Below, one piece after another: positions 34,984 through 47,650 of a stretch of 51,450 nucleotides of DNA. This DNA is from Octopus bimaculoides. Taxonomy: Eukaryota. The translations under genes and the position numbers were made by a program. Where the stretch lies: contig NC_068989.1 of the NCBI RefSeq assembly GCF_001194135.2, positions 57,818,779 to 57,870,228 of the forward strand. Reading direction: 5' to 3'. The notes below the pieces were generated by a model, which had not been told where the DNA came from, made no database searches, and was given only the letters and a program-made list of their open reading frames with translations. The first letter of the stretch is position 1, and every line of letters starts with the position of its first letter.

Positions 34984-35150
34984 AACCTCGTGTACATCGG
35001 TGGCGATTTTTTCTTCCTCCGTTTTTCCCTTCTTTGGACTTTCCTTGTTTCCAACGAAGAGCTCCGCTCGAAACGTCATACTCTCTCTCTTTCCTTTCCC
35101 AAGCATCTAGTAACACAATCTGTATCACGTCTTCACGTTGTTGTTTTTTG
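34984..35150 (+). mobile_element. Probable Penelope-like element terminal repeat fragment
   Basis: GAAGAGCTCCGCTCGAAACGTC motif in a CpG-rich, pyrimidine-rich context, of the kind found in PLE terminal repeats (recalled, not searched). Confidence 0.4.
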
Positions 35151-35171
35151 TCTTTTTCCTTTTTTTGAACT

Positions 35172-35213
<42 letters not shown>

Positions 35214-36574
35214 AATCAAAGAGTGCAAGGATCCTTACACTTTTCAAGTTATATTCACATAATTAGCAACTTTCACCAGTTAATAACGTTTGTTGATCAT
35301 GTATAATCCACCTCTTGTCAGGTACACAAGATGTGCACATGCTTAATGCTTACTAACTTCCTGTATCATGATCTTTTTGAATTGCCTTACTCTTTCACTA
35401 CACATGCATGATAATATAAACTATATTTACTGCTTGCTTTTAAGTCAAGTTATACCTACAAATAATTTAACACTAAAGTGAGTGAAACAGTACTTTGTGG
35501 CAGAGTACATATGTACTATCTTTTACAAGGAAAATATTCAGAGTACATATGTACCATCTTTTGCAAAGAAAAACTTCAAAGTTTCAGCTTGCTCATCTTC
35601 ATCAAACTTTATGTGCTGGTTAGAAGTCTAGCATATCATTGACAACCCCAGTGGGTCGATGAGGACCATCACTAAATAGAGTAATGTAGAGGAGTATTTT
35701 TTATCAGATTCATGGTGCATGTGGACATCATGGTGCATGAGGGTGGGCAGGTTATGTCTGACAAGATCTGGAAAAACCCTTGTGACAATGTGACCCTCAA
35801 CATCATACAGCTTCATAGCTCTCCACAGTGCCAAGGAAGCAATGGGGACTGCTGTAGTGAATGTGATGAGTGACCTGAGTGGAGAGCCCTTGATCCTGGC
35901 ATGTAGGTACCTCTGTGGTTGCATCAGGATTACAATTAGGGCTGAGGGTTGTTGAATAGCCTGTTCCTTTGATTTCTCTAACTGAAATACTTATACTGTT
36001 TTTATAAGGAGAATGCTGCTGGTTATTTTTTTCTGTTGAGTGTTTTTTGTTTTCCTCATGTTTACTTCACAAATGTCTAGTACACTATATATGTATATGT
36101 ATAAGTGGTGGAGGTGATAGTGGCAGCGGTGGTGGTGATGGTGGTGCTGTTGTTGGTGATGGTGGTGCTGTTGTTAGTGGTGGTGGTGGTGGCAGTTGTA
36201 TTTTTTATGCTTATGATGATGGCCATGGTAGTGGTTGTGGTGGTGGCGATGTTGGTAGTATTGGTAGTGGTGATACTGATGTGGTTCTATATATGTATGT
36301 GCATATGAATGTATGTGAAGAAGCATGGATCAGTGGTAAGAGCATCAGGCTAACAATCATGAGGTAGTGAGTTCGATTCCCAGACCAGGCTATGTATTGT
36401 GTTCTTGAGCAAGACACTTTATTTCACCCTGCTCCAGTTCACTCCTTCATTGGAATTTCAACATCAACAGGGTATTTTTGTATGTATGTATATGTACAGA
36501 TTTATAGGTTTTGTTTTAAATATGTATTCTCATACATATAGTTGCATGTCTAGACATGCTCATATATACATAAG

Positions 36575-36765
36575 TGGTAAACTTCTGAAAAGTTTTACAG
36601 ATTTTTACAGTTCCAGTGATAGCTTGGATCTGTAGTCTTTGAATCAGCTTTCTCCTTTCTGGTTTTGAGAAGTCTAATTTCTTAAGATTGGAATTTAGGC
36701 AGTGTGTTATACATCTCAGTGCCCTAATAATTGCAGGTATAAACCTGAACTTATAATCTGAATAG
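36575..36765 (-). mobile_element. Second-family REL-endonuclease LINE C-terminal fragment
   Basis: YKFRFIPAIIRALRCITHCLNSNLKKLDFSKPERRKLIQRLQIQAITGTVKICKTFQKF parallels the IP(I/V)IIGALG..LQ..GT C-terminal pattern. Confidence 0.6.
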
Positions 36766-36771
36766 AGTAGC

Positions 36772-36803
<32 letters not shown>

Positions 36804-37464
36804 TGTATGTATGTATGTATGTATGTATGCATGCATGCATGATGTATGTATATACATATGCATGCATGATGTGTGTATGTACATATGCATGTATGTGTAC
36901 GTGCATGCATGTATATATCCAAATATATATGTGTAAATGCATATTTACATGCAAGTACAAAAGTATCTACAATATGCATGTTTGTTTGAATGTATAAATG
37001 TACATATACATGCATGTATGCTTACATGCATGTACGAATGTATGCACACATTAATGAATGTATACATGTATACATACATTAACCAACAAAGAAAAAAAAA
37101 CAAACAGCTTTATAAATAAAATCTTTCATGATATACATCCTATATCATATTAAACACTCCCTCATCACGCTTGCAATCATAAGAAGCAGTGACCCAATGA
37201 TTGGCCGCTCAAAACACTCCACCACCATAACCAATGAGGCAGTTTTTCACCAATTGTGATATGAAATAAATAACAATAATAGACCACCATCCATTTACCA
37301 CTGATAAAGCTAGTTTAGCAATCAAATTCAGAAAACATGCAATATTAGATAAATGAGTGTAAGCTAATTACACTGAAATTCTTTACACCAGGCTTAAGTA
37401 GGTCCTGAAACTGGACCTATCCTCTTGCTACATCCTGTTTACAGATAACATTCTTACTAGACAA

Positions 37465-37717
37465 ATGACAATGGTGGTGGTGGTGATGATTGTGATGATG
37501 ATGGTGATAATGATTGTGATGATGGTGATGATGATTGTGGTGGCAGTGGTGGTGGTGGTAATAGTTGTGGTGCTGTTGATGATGGTTGTTGTGATGATGA
37601 TGGTTATGGTTTTGGTAATGGTTGTGGTGGTAGTGCTGACAGCGGTGGCAGAAGCAGGGGAAGCAGCAATGGTGGTGGTGGTGATGGCAGTGGTGGTGGC
37701 AGCAGCAATGGTGGAGT
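37465..37717. repeat. (GTG)/(ATG) trinucleotide low-complexity tract (a similar one lies at 36110-36280)
   Basis: Directly visible. Gives the poly-V/M/H pseudo-ORFs. Confidence 0.9.
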
Positions 37718-39180
37718 NNNNNNNNNNNNNNNNNNNNNNNNNNNNNNNNNNNNNNNNNNNNNNNNNNNNNNNNNNNNNNNNNNNNNNNNNNNNNNNNNNN
37801 NNNNNNNNNNNNNNNNNNNNNNNNNNNNNNNNNNNNNNNNNNNNNNNNNNNNNNNNNNNNNNNNNNNNNNNNNNNNNNNNNNNNNNNNNNNNNNNNNNNN
37901 NNNNNNNNNNNNNNNNNNNNNNNNNNNNNNNNNNNNNNNNNNNNNNNNNNNNNNNNNNNNNNNNNNNNNNNNNNNNNNNNNNNNNNNNNNNNNNNNNNNN
38001 NNNNNNNNNNNNNNNNNNNNNNNNNNNNNNNNNNNNNNNNNNNNNNNNNNNNNNNNNNNNNNNNNNNNNNNNNNNNNNNNNNNNNNNNNNNNNNNNNNNN
38101 NNNNNNNNNNNNNNNNNNNNNNNNNNNNNNNNNNNNNNNNNNNNNNNNNNNNNNNNNNNNNNNNNNNNNNNNNNNNNNNNNNNNNNNNNNNNNNNNNNNN
38201 NNNNNNNNNNNNNNNNNNNNNNNNNNNNNNNNNNNNNNNNNNNNNNNNGCTACACCAGGCTCCAATCTAATTTGGCAGAGTTTCTACAGCTGGATGCCCT
38301 TCCTAACGCCAACCACTCCGAGAGTGTAATGAGTGCTTTTACATGCCACTGTCACAAAATAAAGAGAGAGAGAGGGGGGAGAAGGAGAGAGAGAGAGAAA
38401 GAGGGGGGAGAAAGAGAGAGAGAGAGAGAAAGAGAGAAGAAGAAGAAGAAGAAATGCCCTAATGCAGTTCCAAGTAGTAGCTCTCATGACTTGATCTTAA
38501 CTGATTGGAAATGTAATCATGTATAAAAAAAGATGGGCTAAAGCAAATATTCTGCTCAATACCACAGATTTGATTGTCAGTTGCTTGACCCTGACCAGTT
38601 GAGCATGTCCCTTAGTGGTTAACGATATGTTCACCTCTGATCATGAGTAGGAGTAGTAGGGGAGCATCATCGCCATGTATTGAAAGAAATTCTTTGGGAC
38701 TTGAATAATTCATCTCTGGAAACATGGGTATTTTGTTCATCATCCTTAAACAACCCTTATTCAGGGACCTTTTGAGCGGGATGGGCTACTCAACCTGAAG
38801 AAAATATTTTGCAACTACATGGCCCCACCTGCAAGGTTATGCACTGTTTACTGTGATATAAGACCACAATGCCATGTACATATGGTTGTGATGCATGTTC
38901 CTGGTGTACCCTTACCAGATGGGTAGTCATGATGGGTATATTGGGCTTCATATATTTGTACCCCAGTGTCAAATGCTTAGCAGCATTTTGTCTGACATGC
39001 TAATAATTCTATCAACTCATCACATGATCATGATCATGATGATGATTTCTTTGATTGGCCACAATGGCCCAAGGCATGGAGGACAATATCAAAGGATGAA
39101 ATACAACATACAAAAACAGGTGGGGCTTACATCGATCAAAGGGAGTCACTACAACATTAAAAGATATACCAAAAGGATAT

Positions 39181-39420
39181 CTCTTTTACTCTTTTACTTG
39201 TTTCAGTCATTTGACTGTGGCCATGCTGGAGCACCGCCTTTAGTCGAGCAAATCGACCCCAGGACTTATTCTTTGTAAGCCTAGTACTTATTCTATTGGT
39301 CTCTTTTTGCTGAACTGCTAAGTTACAGGGACGTAAACACACCAGCATCAGTTGTCAAGCGATGGTGGGGGAGACAAACACAGACACACAAACACACATA
39401 CATATATATATATATAAATA
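39181..39420 (-). mobile_element. SINE family A, tail half
   Basis: Near-identical to 27889-28100. Confidence 0.85.
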
Positions 39421-39531
39421 TATATGCGAGTAAAAATAAATACAAAAAAGGTGGGTTTTTTGTATGATTGTGTATAGAGGAATATATTATTTTGTTTAAA
39501 AGAGTTGTAGATGAAATATTGATGTAGATGA

Positions 39532-39639
39532 AATATTGAGTGTTCAATATAAAGGATCAAATATATAAATATAAGTATATAAAGGCCTTTATATACTTAT
39601 ATTTATATATTTGATCCTTTATATTGAACACTCAATATT
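39532..39639. repeat. Perfect 108-bp palindrome with no spacer, centred on AAAGG|CCTTT
   Basis: Checked base by base outward from 39585/39586. First mismatch at 39531/39640. Confidence 0.97.
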
Positions 39640-41360
39640 CCATCTATATTCAATACTTTCTTTCATGGTGCCATCCATTTTTATTTTATCTTATTTTATA
39701 TTATATATTGTATATTCCATATTCTATACCGCACATTGGTTCTGCAGGAATATAAATAAAACATAAAAAACAGACAGTGTTGGAACTCTTTTAAACAAAA
39801 TAATATATATAAATATATATNNNNNNNNNNNNNNNNNNNNNNNNNNNNNNNNNNNNNNNNNNNNNNNNNNNNNNNNNNNNNNNNNNNNNNNNNNNNNNNN
39901 NNNNNNNNNNNNNNNNNNNNNNNNNNNNNNNNNNNNNNNNNNNNNNNNNNNNNNNNNNNNNNNNNNNNNNNNNNNNNNNNNNNNNNNNNNNNNNNNNNNN
40001 NNNNNNNNNNNNNNNNNNNNNNNNNNNNNNNNNNNNNNNNNNNNNNNNNNNNNNNNNNNNNNNNNNNNNNNNNNNNNNNNNNNNNNNNNNNNNNNNNNNN
40101 NNNNNNNNNNNNNNNNNNNNNNNNNNNNNNNNNNNNNNNNNNNNNNNNNNNNNNNNNNNNNNNNNNNNNNNNNNNNNNNNNNNNNNNNNNNNNNNNNNNN
40201 NNNNNNNNNNNNNNNNNNNNNNNNNNNNNNNNNNNNNNNNNNNNNNNNNNNNNNNNNNNNNNNNNNNNNNNNNNNNNNNNNNNNNNNNNNNNNNNNNNNN
40301 NNNNNNNNNNNNNNNNNNNNNNNNNNNNNNNNNNNNNNNNNNNNNNNNNNNNNNNNNNNNNNNNNNNNNNNNNNNNNNNNNNNNNNNNNNNNNNNNNNNN
40401 NNNNNNNNTAAATAGTAATTAGAAAAATAAATAACTCATAAATAGAATCCCCATTAGCAGAGTAGTCCACTTAGGGTAAGTCGAAGTAAAGCTCACACAA
40501 AAGTCCCATATTACTCTGACGTTCTCAAGGCATGGCAAGTGCCCTCTTCCAGTTTCTTTCCTCCTACTTAGAAAAGCATACTCAGAAAGAAAAAAGGAGA
40601 GAGAAAAAGAGGATAGGGCAAAGAGTGAGACAGAAAGAGGGAGAAAGAAAAAGAGGAAGAAAGAAAAAGACGGAGAGAGAAATGTCCATGACGTGAGTTA
40701 GGAGAAATGCAAGTTAGAGTTTCTTGCATGCCAAGTGTCCCACAATGCAGCAGGATGGGTCAAGTCATTGTGTAAAGATTAGAAGCTGGTCTCAAAAGGA
40801 CAATAGGAGTGCAATGGAATGTTATTAGAGAAGTGAACCTGGCAAAATAGGATACAGAAAATGGGTGCATAAAATATGGATAAAAACATATCCTCTTTCA
40901 CAGAAAAAAAAATTTGTGAAAATACATTGGAAGAGGGAAGAGGGTGAGGCAGGGAGAAGAGGGAGGGGGGAAGCGGAGGACAAGAAGAATAACAACAACA
41001 ATTGAAGAAACCCCCACTCCCACCCCCGGCCTCACTAACCTACACCACAAAAAAAAAACTGAACAGTTAGGAAGTTGGTTGCAAAAGGGAGACTTGAAAT
41101 AGGAAAGCAAAAGCCTAATGTTTGCAACCCAGAAACAAGTCCTTGACACAGACTCTGTTGAAATAAAATAATATATAACCATACAGTGTTGGATAAATAA
41201 AGGTTGTATAGTGACAAGTTGAATACGGTGACTTATATTGTATGCATCTATAAAATGATTGAATAGAAAGACTATAAATTTTAGTATGATAAAGTATGCA
41301 TTTAAGCTTGATCAAAAATGTCTCGTTTTTGAGGTCAACCAGAAATTATACTAACATATA

Positions 41361-41753
41361 GGTGCAGGCATGGCTGTGTGGTAAGAAGTTTGTTTCCCCA
41401 CACATGGTTCCGGGTTCAGTCCCACTGTGTGGCACCTTGGGCAAAGGTCTTCTACTATAGCCTCAGGCTGACCAAAGCCTAGTGTGTGGATTTGGCAGAT
41501 AGAAACAGAAAGAAGCCCATTGTATATATATACATGTATGTGTGTGTGTGTGTCATTTCATATGTGTTTGCTCCCCACAACCACTTGACATCCCTGTAAT
41601 TTAGCGGTTCAGCAAACAAGATTGATAAATAAGTACCAGACTTACAAAGAAAAAAAAGAAATGTACTGAGGCCAATTCATTTGACTAAAAACAAAATTCT
41701 CAGGGTGATGCCCCAGCATGGCCACAATCAAATGACTGAAACAAGTAAAAGAT
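41361..41753 (+). mobile_element. SINE family A
   Basis: ggcatggctgtgtggtaagaag..gggttcagtcccactg..central (TG)n..aatgactgaaacaagtaaaag. Confidence 0.88.
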
Positions 41754-41804
41754 AATAGATAAAAAAAGATACCAGACAGAGTGTTAAAAACAATTAAATC
41801 TTTT

Positions 41805-42310
41805 ACTCCTGAAGAGGGGCTTGAAGAAGTTGAAAACCTGAGAGAAGGACGCTTTATTTATTCCTTTCATCAGTGTCGACCATACATCTTCCTTCGTGAA
41901 AGCCATCAGACAGAAGACTCTCCAGTTTTCTTTGGCAAAGAAAAGAAGTGATTTGATCATCAAAATAGAGTAAGCTGGTAGCTAGGTCTGTCCTGCATTT
42001 CCTGCACTGAACCTCCTGACCAGTGAATCTCATCCATTTCACAAGAAGCAAAAGAACATGCATTCCAATTTGGTCAGACATTTCTGGGACAAAAGCACAA
42101 GTCAGACAATAGTACACAACCAAAATCATGTTGGTGTGAGCCACTTATAATTAACTTTACGGGGACAGCTTCATTTCAGTTAATATCTTAGAGCGAGTGA
42201 TGACCCTGTTTCCACAGACTTACAAATCAACAATGTTAAGACACTGAACAAATACATTGTGGACAGTCTTGATATCCTGCACCCATCACAGAGGTTCAGC
42301 TACTGGTAAG
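41805..42310 (-). mobile_element. L1/Tx1-clade LINE ORF2 fragments
   Basis: Frameshifted YCLTCAFVP..FCFL*NG, QDIKTVHNVFVQC (zf-RVT-like) and VFCLMAFTKEDVWSTLMKG..VFNFFK. Confidence 0.6.
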
Positions 42311-42551
42311 TCAAACATAGCCATGTTTGTGGGGTTTATCCTAAACAGACAATACTCCAACACTTCTAACATTGCCAGGTCAAGGATATTTGGATATCAA
42401 TCATAATGACAGACCTGAAATAATTGTTACTCCTTTATTTTCCACAGGGCCTACAAGTGAAGGACATTATATAGATGCTTTGCATAAACAGTGGAGGTTT
42501 TACACCAGTGACAAAAAAAAAAAATACACGTTGAAACAAAATATATGGTTA

Positions 42552-42940
42552 TGAGATTAAGGAGCTTATGTTGCAACTACATGGTTTCAGGTTCAATCCC
42601 ACAGCATGGCACCAAGTGTATCTTATACTATAGCTTTGGGCTGCCGAATGCCACATGAGTGAATTTGTAGATGGAAACTGTGCAGAAGCCTACTGTTTGT
42701 GTGTAAGTGTGTGAGAAAGAAAGACAGTTTGGTTTCATATTTCTATTTGTCCCCTTTGACTATGTGACAACCGGGGCTGGTTTGTTTACATCCCTGTAAA
42801 TTAGTGGTTCAGCAAACAGACCATTAGAACAAGTATCAGACCTAAACAAATTAGCACTGGAAATGGTTAATTTGGTTAAAACCTTCAAAGCAAAGCTCTA
42901 GCATGGTCACAGTGCAATGAATGAGATAGAGAAAAGATAA
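42552..42940 (+). mobile_element. SINE family A, old copy
   Basis: caggttcaatcccacagcatggcacc..gaatttgtagatggaaactg..catccctgtaaattagtggttcagcaaa. Confidence 0.7.
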
Positions 42941-43139
42941 AAGATAAAATATAAAAATATGTGTCTAAAGGAGGGCAGTCACCTAAGGTAAAATAGAGCA
43001 CTACATAAATCCCTAAATACCCTTCAGTACAAAGATAAGTACCTTCCCTTGTTAAGATATTACATATGAAACTATAGGGATTAGAACCTTCCAACCAACC
43101 AACCAAAACCATCATTATTACCCACCTTTTAATAAATTT

Positions 43140-44560
43140 ACTGGAAGAAAAACACTTTTTTCTTGATTCTCACTCATCTTTACAAAGGGTAGTTGAAAAG
43201 TTGATGAGAGCTTGATAGAAAAGGAAAATGCATGTCCTCAATCTTAACAATCCTATCCATCATGGTAGAACCTCCTTGCTATAACCATAAGACAGGAAAA
43301 CTGTTCAACCTTTCTTAATAAATGAAGACAATGATATAATGCTTATGATGGATTTGGCTGCCAGCTGGTTCCATTTTGCATGCAAAAGCAGGAGTCTGAT
43401 GCAACTAGATTCAGAAATGCTTGGACACTGAATGAATACATGTGGAATAGTTTTATCACTCTGTTCACATTTCAGATAGGTACAGCTAAAAGCACTACAA
43501 TGCCCATAGAATTTCTTTTTTTGAACTGCCTCATCATAACACTGTCAAACCAAAGTCTTTAGGAAGTTGACCATAATCCCTGATCTGAAAGTTCAAAAGA
43601 AGGGACTATAATGAATGACCTCATTGACACCCAAAATTGTTCGCAAGCCAATTATTGCTCGTGTCCCACCCCATCCACCCTTCTATAGAATGTCAGTGTG
43701 GATGTCCCAATGAAGATACAGCTTAGCTGGTGGAGTTCATTGAGAGCCTGACAATATTTCAAATGCCAGGTATTTGATCCAAGAATGTAACTCAAAGAGA
43801 TGAGTTTCAGCTACAGAAAGACAAGTCTCACAAATGGCAACCACATACATTCAGTGTTATCATTATCCAGAAATCTCTGCAGATGTTGCCTCAGAACTGG
43901 TGTATGCGTCAACAGCACAGCATATCTAAGCTTTTTAGAATGGGAACAAGTAGCATATGGACTTCCTGCCAGTGAAACCCATCCGTTTCATAAAAAGCAA
44001 AAGTGCCTGCACTTCAATCTGGTCAGATATTTCTGGAACAAAGGCACAAGTCAAGTGGTGGTTCATCACCAACATGATGGAGGTGTTAGTCACCTACACT
44101 TGATCTTAGGGATAGATTCATATCTGATGAATCTGTTTGTGACCTCCTCCAAGTTTTAACCTAAGACCAGGCTGAATCAAACCCCAAACACCTTAATCAA
44201 ACCTGCAATGCAATGGCAGAAACTGCCATTTTGCATAGACTTGCTTCCCCAGACACCAAATTGCAAGTCAACCAACTTGGTTTGATTAATGTGTGACCAC
44301 TTTACCACTTGTTACTCGTCCAGTATGGTGCTGACCACCACAATTTCCACCCAACCCTATTGACAAGCATTCACTCTCTCATGTCTAAATGTAGAGGCCT
44401 TAGATTGGACAACACAACCTTCATGTTTTGCATCAAAGAAATCATTGAGACACATACTTTCTGCACTTTGTCTGCAATATCTTTTTGAGTCTACATCCCA
44501 GCATCTTTTCCAAATGACTGTTCTCTAACACTGGCCCCTTACTAAAATTAATGGATTCTA
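43140..44560 (-). mobile_element. L1/Tx1-clade LINE ORF2 relic with internal deletions
   Basis: DFFDAKHEGCVVQSK; IKVFGV*F..NLEEVTN; LTCAFVPEISD..FCFL*NG; CEQSDKTIPHVFIQCPSI (zf-RVT-like); ALINF. Homologous to 41805-42310. Confidence 0.65.
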
Positions 44561-44601
44561 TCCTAATTTTTTACCTTAACCTTTTTGTTACTATATTTCT
44601 T

Positions 44602-45700
44602 ACTAGCAGCTAAACCCAGTTTTACCCGGTCTGTTTGGATGATGTGGCTGTGATTGTTTTCGGTCAGGCATAATCTATAACAGTGTTTCTCAACCTTATA
44701 ATTTCGGGTCCCCTGTTTCGATTGGAGCCTCCAGCTGTATGAAAATTTCACCCCCTCCTGTCAGAAAATGGCTTCAGGAGTTGTGAAGAAAGAATTTGTA
44801 TGTAGTCTGTTTGTGAGAGCTATTCTATTGGACATCTGTCTAATCATTAAAAGATTTATTTAATTATGAACATAGAAAGAAATTATACATTAATCGCAAT
44901 TTTTGTAAGCAGTTTTATCTGTAAAAATTTTATTTGCAGAGAGCAGAAATTGAAAGATATATGAAATGGACATGCGTGTGTGTGTGTGTGTGTGNNNNNN
45001 NNNNNNNNNNNNNNNNNNNNNNNNNNNNNNNNNNNNNNNNNNNNNNNNNNNNNNNNNNNNNNNNNNNNNNNNNNNNNNNNNNNNNNNNNNNNNNNNNNNN
45101 NNNNNNNNNNNNNNNNNNNNNNNNNNNNNNNNNNNNNNNNNNNNNNNNNNNNNNNNNNNNNNNNNNNNNNNNNNNNNNNNNNNNNNNNNNNNNNNNNNNN
45201 NNNNNNNNNNNNNNNNNNNNNNNNNNNNNNNNNNNNNNNNNNNNNNNNNNNNNNNNNNNNNNNNNNNNNNNNNNNNNNNNNNNNNNNNNNNNNNNNNNNN
45301 NNNNNNNNNNNNNNNNNNNNNNNNNNNNNNNNNNNNNNNNNNNNTGACAGAGAGAGTAACGTTGATGGTGTATGTGTATATGAGAGAGAGAGAAAGAAAG
45401 AAAGAGAGAGAGAGATAAATGAAATTTATCATTCAGTTTATTTATTTATTATGTATATATGTATGAATGGCTTCAGTGACACATGCACGCACGCACGCAG
45501 GTTGTTTTAATCGATTTTCTCTAAGTATAGAGGCTAGGAAAAAAATAAAAGCGTGTTTCAATCTATGCACCCGTTTCCACATGTGTGCCATTTTTCACAC
45601 GAATCCACCCAGCCGTTTGGCCGTGAACCTTGAGACAAGAAAGAATACAACGGTCGGCCAACTTCAATTTATATTATAGACTTCAATTTATATTATAGAT
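44602..45700 (+). mobile_element. Helitron/Helentron-like non-autonomous element with internal (GT)n, a gap and a nested hAT-like end
   Basis: 5' ACTAGCAG..ACCCAG..ACCCGG; 3' aatccacccagccgtttggccgtg..TTTATATTATAGAT, resembling HINE/Lep1-type ends as recalled. cagtgtttctcaacc at 44692. Confidence 0.45.
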
Positions 45701-46293
45701 GAAATGCACTGCCTTTATTTCTATTAATTTTTAGTATAATGAAGAATTTATAGAAATAACTTTATCATTAATAAGGTGATGTTTGGAACATAAATTAACG
45801 TCAAAATTTGATGAAAGATTTCAATTTAAATCACTTTAAAGCAAAAAATTTGTATCATAGAAGCAGGGTGGCAGGGTATCAGAAGAGTTAATATGACCCT
45901 TCACCTATTATTGAGTTTCTCCAACAATTCCTGATTAAATAGCTTGTTAATATGGCCTCTGCAGTCTTACTATTCTGGGACAACAAGGTTCCTGTCTAGA
46001 CAACCTATATGAACTTACAATGCAGATCACAAACTTGTGATCTTCCAGTACAGATACTAGAAGAAGTCTGGCTGTCCAATTCATTGTCAGGGCAAAAATG
46101 GCGACCAATCTCAAGACACCACTTTTAATGCTATGCACATCTAGAGTCACTAACCTCCAGAAAGGATTATCTTGGGAGTCCAAATCGTTTATAACAACAT
46201 TACTATCCCACTCAATCTGGTTTGACCACACAAGATGTAAACCTCATAGTTTGTTCAGTGAGTGAAACTATAGTCTATCTAAAGGCTGTAACA

Positions 46294-46342
<49 letters not shown>

Positions 46343-46344
<2 letters not shown>

Positions 46345-46520
46345 GGTGGCAAACTGGCAGAACTGTTAGCATGCTCATCTTTATGTTCAAATTCTGCTGA
46401 GATCGACTTTGCCTTTCATCTTTTCAGGGTCAATAAATTAAGTACCAATCATGTACTGGGGCTGATATAATCAAGTAGTCCTCTCCACCAAAAATTTAGG
46501 CCTTGTATCTATAGTATAAA
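46343..46520 (+). mobile_element. SINE family B preceded by (ATT)n
   Basis: aaggtggcaaactggcagaactgttagc..gttcaaattctgctgagatcgactttgcctttcatc. Confidence 0.75.
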
Positions 46521-46541
46521 GGATTATTATTATTGTGTGTG

Positions 46542-46579
<38 letters not shown>

Positions 46580-47064
46580 ATACACGCACGCATGTGTGTG
46601 TGTACATATGTACATGTGTGTGTATGCATGTATGCATGTACATCTGTGTGTGTGTGCATGTACCCTTGTCTTGAATTCACATGATGGTTAATAACAAGTA
46701 TCACCATCATATAAACAACATTGTTCCCAATCATCGGTGAAAATCTTGTCTGACAAAAAGGAAATATTACCTTGCTCGGAACCAGGTATAGTTTGGATAC
46801 ATAAAGAGCATCCAGCTGTAATAAAAAATCTGCTTCAACAACTTCTCTTCCACTTATGCAATCATGGAAAAGTGGGCGTTAATATGATAATGATGACTAC
46901 ACTAAAAATATAATTTTTACCAAGAACTTAACAACTGATAATTTCCGGTACCACTTGAAGATATTTTTAATTGAAACTGTTTTACAGCTGCATCCTGAAA
47001 AAATTTTTCCCACACTTTTATTAATCAATTTTTCAGATATTGATATAAAAATTGGCATTCTGTT

Positions 47065-47362
47065 GGTTACGATGAGGGTACCAGTTGATCCGATTGATGG
47101 AATAGCCTGGTTGTGAAGTTAATGTGCAAATGGCTGAGCACTGCACAGACATGTATAGCCTTATAGTTCTCAAGGAGATTCAGTGTGACACAGAATGTGA
47201 CAAGGTTGGCCCTTTGAAGAGCAGGTATTAGTCATTTTTGCCAGCTGAGTTGACTGGAGCATCATGAAATAAAGTGTCTTGCTCAAAGATAGAACATGCC
47301 ACTGGGAATCAAACTCACAATCTTACAATTGTGAGCCAAATACACCTAACCACTAAGCCACA
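47065..47362 (-). mobile_element. tRNA-derived SINE family D
   Basis: Reverse complement of 22725-23104. Ends cctaaccactaagccac (A box on the minus strand). Confidence 0.8.
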
Positions 47363-47650
47363 TGCTTTTATTGTCAAGTACTGATAACTCTATAATCACA
47401 AACATTAAGGTAAACAACTTGCTTTATGACACTTTACATACAGTTCCTTGCAAACCAGCCACAGTTTCAAGCCAAAGAAAGGAGTCTCTATATAAGAATT
47501 CAATCTGCGACATACAGCATTCAAATCTCTACCAAGTTGTAGCCTATCATCTTTTATACAAAAAAAATTAAAACTTGTACCCCACATTTTTTACTTTTAA
47601 TAGTGAAGTAAAAATTATATGTTTATTAAAAATAGTATATATTACATTTC

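Noticed and set aside
36575-36765. Additional LRRK1 exon (good acceptor, open frame)
   Set aside because: The translation matches the REL-LINE C-terminal pattern and has no convincing donor.
45480-45665. CpG-rich patch as promoter or first exon (MAHMWKR..) of the gene
   Set aside because: It coincides with the 3' end of a Helitron/Helentron-like repeat (cagccgtttggccgtg..tatattatagat), so a young TE explains the CpGs more simply. Not formally excluded without 5' RNA data.
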